Shown one piece after another: positions 24,536 through 30,548 of a DNA stretch of 30,548 bases. The stretch lies in the IMG/VR virus record IMGVR_UViG_3300044670_001989, positions 1 to 30,548 of that record, one strand, 5' to 3'. The translations under genes and the position numbers were made by a program. Numbering within the stretch: the first letter of the stretch is position 1; every line of letters begins with the position of its first letter. Below the pieces are notes generated by a model. The model ran no database searches. It had not been told where the DNA came from and saw only the letters and a list, made by a program, of their open reading frames with translations. Source of the stretch: a virus (taxonomy: Duplodnaviria > Caudoviricetes).

Positions 24536-27500
24536 TCACTAGCCAGCATGGCCGGCGGGTTTTCGCTCTCCAGATCGCAGGGCTTGAATATCGGTACCAC
24601 TCGAACTCTCCACCGGCGTCAAGTAACCTTGCCTCAAATGTGGCGGCGGGAATTGCCTATGTAGATCAGGAGGGCCTTGTATCAGTCAGCGACTTCAGCG
24701 CCTCCATTGATCCTAGTGGCGGAGTGGCTCAATATGATCCCATAACGCTCACGCTAGGCATTGATAGGAGACGCGGTGGGGTTGGTGATCCTGGTATTAT
24801 CTTTGGGCGCTGTGGCGCTCGCTCTGGTTCTATCCGCTCTCAGCTATCAGCCTCTGCTTCTCGTAGTGACCTGACGTTTCAGACGGCCTCAGACTTGACC
24901 TCTCTCTCATATCCTCGATTGATGCATATAGGCGCTGAGACTGTTCGAGCATCTAGCGCCACATCATCCTCAGTCACTGTTGCTAGGGCTGTTGGTGGTT
25001 CGGTTAGGCAGGCTCATGCCGTTGGGCTAGAGGGCTCTTTTACTCCTGAGCTAGCTGATGAGATCACCACATTTAGAGGACGCCTCGCTAAGCTCTATAT
25101 GGCTCACCGGTATCCTTCGGGCTTGGTGTCAGACTACGTCGAGATCTGCAACGGGTTTATTGCAGAATCTCCTTACATCGAGGCCGGCGATACAGTGTCA
25201 TTAAGCCTCTTACCGCTGACCGCTTTGATTGATACGTCTCTGGCTGACAAGGGGATTGGGCAAACGCGACTGCTCCAAAACTATCATTATTATGATGGGC
25301 TCAACGGCTCAACGCTAGAGTATCTAACCGTTCTGAAGAGAGCGCCTCAATCCACCAATGATTACATCACCTTAACTCCTGACACATCAGCATCAATTAC
25401 AGCCTCTACGTTTCAGCTGATTATTGAGAATCAGAGCGGAGGGCCTAATCTTCTAGATGACTTTGACCCATCCCTTGCAGCTGGTCCTGACGCTGATGAT
25501 TTCATTGAGGAGCATCCAAGATTTCCCAAGTTCAGGAGAGCAGAGGATTTTGATAACTCTGATGAGGGAGTCTTTACCACAGCGCTTACTTATGGCGCCG
25601 GCATCCCCGGCTATGTGGTGCACGCTAACAGCACGCCAAGCAACGCGCTCTCAGCCGGCCAGATATCGGCCACTGATTCTTTGAGATTGAACCTTGGAAG
25701 GGCTGAGCTAAAGCAACACTCTCTAGGGAGTGCTGAGGTTAAGCGATGGCCTGAAGTCATCAACGATACACTAGAGGCAGACGGGCCATCATCGACCAGT
25801 GGTTATGCTGGAGGAATCTTGAAATGGCGGTTGACTCCTGACTATCAGATCAAAGCTGAGAAGCTGAGCAACTCCCCATTCAACGCCTACCTTGCATTGT
25901 TCACGAATCGAGCAACGCTCATTTGGGCTCGCGATACGCTAGGCATTGAGCGCCCAAGGGCTTGGTCTTCTGACTCCTCTAATCTAGAGGTGCCAGACTT
26001 GGCGCGGTTCGTTTATCCATTCCAATATTTCATGGACGAGACAGGGCAGGTCTTTCAGCAGTTTGGAGAGTCGGCACCTAGAATGTATTTCGGCGTTAAT
26101 GCAGACGGCACGAATCTCACAGGAGCGCGGCAACTGCCCCAACCTCCTTCAGCTTACTACCAACAATATGAGTCTGTGATCTTGGTGGAGGGCTCGCTAG
26201 GCTTGCCGAGTTCGGCCGGTGCTGACCTCTATGACGTGGTGGTCAGGTACCATGACATAGAGCAGGATGCTGAGCGCGAACAGGTCTTTAAGTGTACTCA
26301 TGAAACTGCTGCCTCTTATGGCGGATCTTCGGTGGGCGTGCTGTTGCATATCGCCAGCTCAAACGACTTCCCTTTAAATGTTAGCTTTGGTGATTGGCCT
26401 GATCAGGATCGAGCTCTGATATTCAGGGGAGGTCAACTTCAGAGAGAGAGACCAGGTGAGGCGCTGCTAAAGCTCCTAGAGTCAGGAGGAGGCGATCAGC
26501 TCAACGGCTCTTATGATGTTTTGGGAATCGGGCTTAACCTCAGCTCAGCTCACATTGATGAGGATAGTTTCTTGTCCGTCGATAACGCGGCCTCGCTGAG
26601 CATCTCAGGCAACCTCTTAGGAGACGGTCAAGACCTTAAGCAGATCTTTGAGGGACTATTGAAAATGATGGGTGCTGTGTTGACCATGCAGAGAGACCCA
26701 TCCACAGGCTTGAGTAGATTGACACTGACAGCAGTAGGAAACGAAAAGACAGGCTCAGTGAGCGCGACCGTTGAGGCCGGTGATTGGGTGGCAGAGCCTC
26801 CACCTCATTGGGGCATCTATGAAGACTTGGTGACTCAGGTTGAATTCAGGTACGACTATGAGCCAGCTGAGCAGGACTACAGATCTAATCTCATATTCAA
26901 CAACCAAGAGGCGATCTCTCGTTATGGTGGAGAGCGCTCTAAGATTGTGCTCGATGTGCCGGGAGTCAGCTCATTAATATTTGGGCGTGGAGCTGCTAAC
27001 GCCTTTAGTTACTTCCTTCCCACCTCAAGCAGAATCTTCAACCTTCTCTCTAATCCTCTGAGGACTTGGAGTGGTTCCATCGCCACCGGTCAAAGCGCTT
27101 ACCTCGATGTAGGAAGTTATATCAAGGTCAGCTCTCCTCACCTCAGAGGCTATTCAGATGAGTATGGTGTGGCCGGCGGGATAGGCATGATTCGAGCAAT
27201 CAGGCAATCTCTTGAGGGAGAGGGATGTGAGCTTGAGATTATAGCAACGGGCCTCAGTCCCGTGAACTGGAATCGAGCTGCCAGAGTAAGCTCAGTTGAT
27301 AGCTCCACGGCGGTTAGTGTAGAGGCTAACGCTTTCAGCGCTTCAGGATCTGACGCCTCATTCTATGCGGTCGGCGATGTGGTTCAACACTTGCCACGTG
27401 GCAACCAAGACGGAGCGGGCTCACAACTGACCATTGATAGCATTGTCGGGAACGTCATCACATTCACGGCGGCTCATGGAATCCCGTCAACGGGAGGAAC

Positions 27501-27612
27501 CATTGAGCCGGTTACTTATGCTAGCGCCTCAACAGCTCATAGAGAAGATGCTTATCTTGCTGACAATTCTGATAGAATCAACTTAACCATCACGGCACAG
27601 GAGTTTAATTGA
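24532..27612 (+). CDS. Large tail-tip hub/central tail protein (putative)
   Basis: 1026 aa; hub-like segment VTQVEFRYDY...AISRYG...YLDVGSYIKV; position. Confidence 0.6.
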   Translation: MITSQHGRRVFALQIAGLEYRYHSNSPPASSNLASNVAAGIAYVDQEGLVSVSDFSASIDPSGGVAQYDPITLTLGIDRRRGGVGDPGIIFGRCGARSGSIRSQLSASASRSDLTFQTASDLTSLSYPRLMHIGAETVRASSATSSSVTVARAVGGSVRQAHAVGLEGSFTPELADEITTFRGRLAKLYMAHRYPSGLVSDYVEICNGFIAESPYIEAGDTVSLSLLPLTALIDTSLADKGIGQTRLLQNYHYYDGLNGSTLEYLTVLKRAPQSTNDYITLTPDTSASITASTFQLIIENQSGGPNLLDDFDPSLAAGPDADDFIEEHPRFPKFRRAEDFDNSDEGVFTTALTYGAGIPGYVVHANSTPSNALSAGQISATDSLRLNLGRAELKQHSLGSAEVKRWPEVINDTLEADGPSSTSGYAGGILKWRLTPDYQIKAEKLSNSPFNAYLALFTNRATLIWARDTLGIERPRAWSSDSSNLEVPDLARFVYPFQYFMDETGQVFQQFGESAPRMYFGVNADGTNLTGARQLPQPPSAYYQQYESVILVEGSLGLPSSAGADLYDVVVRYHDIEQDAEREQVFKCTHETAASYGGSSVGVLLHIASSNDFPLNVSFGDWPDQDRALIFRGGQLQRERPGEALLKLLESGGGDQLNGSYDVLGIGLNLSSAHIDEDSFLSVDNAASLSISGNLLGDGQDLKQIFEGLLKMMGAVLTMQRDPSTGLSRLTLTAVGNEKTGSVSATVEAGDWVAEPPPHWGIYEDLVTQVEFRYDYEPAEQDYRSNLIFNNQEAISRYGGERSKIVLDVPGVSSLIFGRGAANAFSYFLPTSSRIFNLLSNPLRTWSGSIATGQSAYLDVGSYIKVSSPHLRGYSDEYGVAGGIGMIRAIRQSLEGEGCELEIIATGLSPVNWNRAARVSSVDSSTAVSVEANAFSASGSDASFYAVGDVVQHLPRGNQDGAGSQLTIDSIVGNVITFTAAHGIPSTGGTIEPVTYASASTAHREDAYLADNSDRINLTITAQEFN

Positions 27613-28271
27613 TGCCTACTAAGAGCCAGTTAGAGAACAGAGTTGATGAGCTCGAACAAGACATGAGGCGGCTGAAGCGCGCCTATGGTCAAGCCTTGAT
27701 CGACCTCCCCAAATTTAAAGAGCGAGACTCGCAAGGGCCACAGGCCACCTGGTGCCCACATTCCCAAGCGGCAATTCAGCGAGCGCTTGCAGAGTGGGAA
27801 AAGGACATCATTGAGCCTGATCCTGAGATTGACAACTATATCAGGAGCCGTGATGGGCTTGGTTGGACTTGGTCGGCTCAATATGTCAAGAATGGTCAGT
27901 TTGCCTGGTGTGGCGCGTTTGCTGCTTGGTGTTGGACTGATGTCCGATACGACCTGAGACAAAAGGTTTTTCCATCATGTTATCGGCTTCATGCTCGTTG
28001 GGCCTCCACCTCACGCCGAATCAAAGACCCGCTTCAGATGTTGCCTGGTGATATCGTTGTAATCTCCACCAGCAACGGGGCCTCATGGGGTGATCACATC
28101 ACTCTGTGTTTAGAGGCTCCTAACGGCGAGTCCAGCTACAAGGCGATTGAGGGCAATGCGCGCGGAGAGCTCAGCAACGGTGAGAGGGCTGAAGGGGTTG
28201 TTGTGAACACTCGACCACTAGACAGAGTAATGTTTGTTTATCGACTCCTTGAAGAGGACTTAGATGTCTAG
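27609..28271 (+). CDS. CHAP/NlpC-P60-type peptidoglycan hydrolase (endolysin) with N-terminal coiled coil
   Basis: AWCGAFAAWC (catalytic Cys), PGDIVV, DHITL (His), IEGN; likely start ATG 27612. Confidence 0.8.
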   Translation: MMPTKSQLENRVDELEQDMRRLKRAYGQALIDLPKFKERDSQGPQATWCPHSQAAIQRALAEWEKDIIEPDPEIDNYIRSRDGLGWTWSAQYVKNGQFAWCGAFAAWCWTDVRYDLRQKVFPSCYRLHARWASTSRRIKDPLQMLPGDIVVISTSNGASWGDHITLCLEAPNGESSYKAIEGNARGELSNGERAEGVVVNTRPLDRVMFVYRLLEEDLDV

Positions 28272-28494
28272 TGATGAAACCACAACTCAGAAACTAGGTG
28301 GCCGAAAAGCGACGGCGTTCTATGCCTCGCTAGCGTGCATGATGGTGCTCGCTCTCATGGATAAAGCGCATACCCACGTACTTGGTCTCATTGATACTCT
28401 GTTCCTTGTCTACGCTGGCGCCAACGTGATGGCTAAGCCTAAGACTTTAACCGAATCCCAACCACAACCCATAACCATCAAGGAGGAGCCATGA
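28264..28494 (+). CDS. Holin-like small 2-TM protein
   Basis: GGRK followed by two hydrophobic helices; directly after lysin. Confidence 0.6.
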   Translation: MSSDETTTQKLGGRKATAFYASLACMMVLALMDKAHTHVLGLIDTLFLVYAGANVMAKPKTLTESQPQPITIKEEP

Positions 28495-28862
28495 GGCTAG
28501 GAGTAAGCGACCCGACAAGCGCGGGTGTTATCATTGCGGCCTATGATGCAAGCGCCGTTAACAACACAGACTGGAACTCTCTCACAGCCACAGATTTCTA
28601 TGATCCATCCACAGGCACACAGCTTGACGCTTCCATGAAGTTTGCGTTTGTGGGCGCGGCGAGTGCCTCAACTATGTATCTCAGATTTCGATCAGGCAAC
28701 GCCGGAGATGGGGCCACTAATACAGATGGTGTGATCCCCTTACTTGGCGGTTTCACTATCGACTCACAAGCGATTAGTGCGGCGAACTCCATCACAACCA
28801 TAGGCTACAAAAAGAGCGTAGGAACAGACACTTGCATCATCTACGCTGGCTTTAATTACTAA
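28491..28862 (+). CDS. Hypothetical small virion protein
   Basis: AAGGAGGAG SD; Ala/Thr/Gly beta-rich; precedes fibre gene. Confidence 0.6.
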   Translation: MRLGVSDPTSAGVIIAAYDASAVNNTDWNSLTATDFYDPSTGTQLDASMKFAFVGAASASTMYLRFRSGNAGDGATNTDGVIPLLGGFTIDSQAISAANSITTIGYKKSVGTDTCIIYAGFNY

Positions 28863-28872
28863 GGAGAAATCA

Positions 28873-30548
28873 ATGGGCATATCATTCTCAATCCCCGGCT
28901 CTTCAGCTGCAGAGACAGACACGCTTGATTCTGTGACCACGCGAGGCGCCACCACCACCAATAGCATTCAAGTGGGCGGCGTGAACGTGGCCGGCAACTA
29001 TGCCTTGCCGACTGCTGACGGAATCAATGGGCAGGTCTTGACTACAGATGGATCAGGCTCACTATCATTCAGCACAGTGACAACCACAGGTGCCCTAAGC
29101 TACAAAGGTAGCTACAACGCGGCCACGTCTACCCCATCCCTGACCACAGCTCTCAAGGGAGACTTTTACTTGATCAGTGTGGCGGGTACGTTAGCCGGCG
29201 TATCGTTAAGCGTTGGTGATCACATTGTATTTAACCAAAACTCGGCCAACCCTGTTACGTCTGCCATGTTTGATGTGATCGACAACAGCGAAGCTGACAC
29301 GCTAGACACAGTGACAACGCGAGGCGCGACAACGGCAAATTCAGTTCAGGTTGGCGGGCTCAATGTTGCTGGCAGCTATAACCTGCCTACAGTGGACGGC
29401 TCAGCAAATCAGGCCATCACAACCAACGGGTCAGGCTCGCTCTCATTCTCCACAGTCCTCACTGATGTGGTAGATGATACCTCTCCACAGCTTGGTGGGC
29501 CTTTAGACGTGAATGGTCAGAGCATCACAAGCGCGGCCAATGGTGATATTACACTTGACCCAAATGGGACGGGTGAGGTGATCCTTGGGGCTGACGTGGT
29601 GCCTGATGCTGATGCCACACATGACCTTGGGGCAGAGGCAACCCGTTGGGCTCAGATTCATGGTGAGCTAAATGGGGCCGTTCAATTCAAGGCCAAGAAT
29701 GATTCAGGTGGAGTCATCAACAAGGGCCAGGCCGTTTACATCAAAGGCATAAGCGGCACCGTTCCAACAGTGGGGCTGGCGCGTGCAAACTCAACGCTCA
29801 CCATGCCGGCCTTTGGACTCGCTGCGAGCTCAGCCAATGATCAAGCAGAGTTGCAGGTCGTCACCTTCGGAAACCTCAGCGATTACAACACCACAACTTA
29901 CAGCCTAGCGCTCAATGATACTGTGTATGTAAGCGCGGCTACAGCTGGAGCGCTCACGTCTAGCGCTCCATCCACTGAGGCTAACCTCGTTCAGAATATA
30001 GGTCGAGTGATTAGAGCAGACGCTTCAGCCGGAATCATTAAGGTTGGTGGCGCCGGCCGGAGTAACGCAACCCCCAACCTGAATGATGGCCAGATCTTCA
30101 AGGGCAACGCGAGCAATCAAGCAGAGTCAGTGGCGCTCTCCTCAATTGCGCTGAGCTCGCTCAACGATGACCTCAGCTATCTCACGCCGGCCAATAACCT
30201 GAGCGACCTAGCCAACGCGAGCACAGCTCGAACTAATCTAGGTGTAGCGATTGGCTCAGATGTTCAGGCCTATGATGCTCAGCTTGCAGACGTGGCGGGC
30301 CTGAGTCCAGCAGATGGCGCCTTCATTGTTGGAGATGGCGCAAACTTCACGGCTGAGTCAGGAGCCACAGCGCGAACCAGCTTAGGGCTTGGTTCAGCGG
30401 CAACCTCAGCGACCACAGACTTTCTGGCCTCCACAGCTGGCCTAAATAACCTCGCTGATGTGAGCTTCTCAGCAGGCCCCGGCATAGACAACTATGTCCT
30501 CACCTATGACAACGGAACATCATCATGGGGTGCTGAGGCTGTTCCTGG
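28873..30548 (+). CDS. Mosaic fibre protein (tail or head fibre), truncated at window end (not in supplied ORF track)
   Basis: AAGGAG SD, ATG 28873, no stop in 558 codons by hand translation; motifs TLDSVTTRG, GQVLTTDGSGSLSF, DTSPQLGG.LDVNG, NNLSDLANASTARTNLG, ARTSLGLGSAA. Confidence 0.85.
   Translation, partial: MGISFSIPGSSAAETDTLDSVTTRGATTTNSIQVGGVNVAGNYALPTADGINGQVLTTDGSGSLSFSTVTTTGALSYKGSYNAATSTPSLTTALKGDFYLISVAGTLAGVSLSVGDHIVFNQNSANPVTSAMFDVIDNSEADTLDTVTTRGATTANSVQVGGLNVAGSYNLPTVDGSANQAITTNGSGSLSFSTVLTDVVDDTSPQLGGPLDVNGQSITSAANGDITLDPNGTGEVILGADVVPDADATHDLGAEATRWAQIHGELNGAVQFKAKNDSGGVINKGQAVYIKGISGTVPTVGLARANSTLTMPAFGLAASSANDQAELQVVTFGNLSDYNTTTYSLALNDTVYVSAATAGALTSSAPSTEANLVQNIGRVIRADASAGIIKVGGAGRSNATPNLNDGQIFKGNASNQAESVALSSIALSSLNDDLSYLTPANNLSDLANASTARTNLGVAIGSDVQAYDAQLADVAGLSPADGAFIVGDGANFTAESGATARTSLGLGSAATSATTDFLASTAGLNNLADVSFSAGPGIDNYVLTYDNGTSSWGAEAVP

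Noticed and set aside
28912-29457. Diversity-generating retroelement TR/VR pair in the fibre gene
   Set aside because: Differences between copies are not adenine-specific, both copies are in one ORF, and no reverse transcriptase is present in the window.
8211-30491. Numerous short antisense or nested ORFs in the track (e.g. 8636, 9179, 11556, 12509, 20171, 27630, 30279)
   Set aside because: They overlap well-supported long plus-strand genes and show no recognisable motifs.

Overview
The window is a contiguous ~30.5-kb piece of a tailed-phage (Caudoviricetes, probably siphovirus-type) genome or prophage, truncated at both ends; I see no host genes, tRNAs, integrase or CRISPR. A leftward operon (acidic repeat protein, small membrane protein, RecT-like annealase, 19/23-aa repeat protein running off the left edge) diverges from a ~74-bp palindromic control region. 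The rightward side encodes an HTH regulator, a replication initiator with 12 internal palindromic iterons, a DnaC-like loader, an RHH protein, SSB and small/large terminase. Next is an inserted two-gene cassette (membrane-anchored class III nucleotidyl cyclase plus a 2-TM coiled-coil protein). Then come portal, multi-domain prohead protease, decoration protein, major capsid, head/neck genes, tail tube, a -1 frameshifted tail chaperone, tape measure, tail-tip genes, CHAP-type lysin, holin-like gene and a fibre gene running off the right edge. The most unusual element is the cyclase + 2-TM cassette between terL and portal; the palindromic switch and the repeat-rich early region come next. All family assignments are from motif recognition and gene order, not from database searches.
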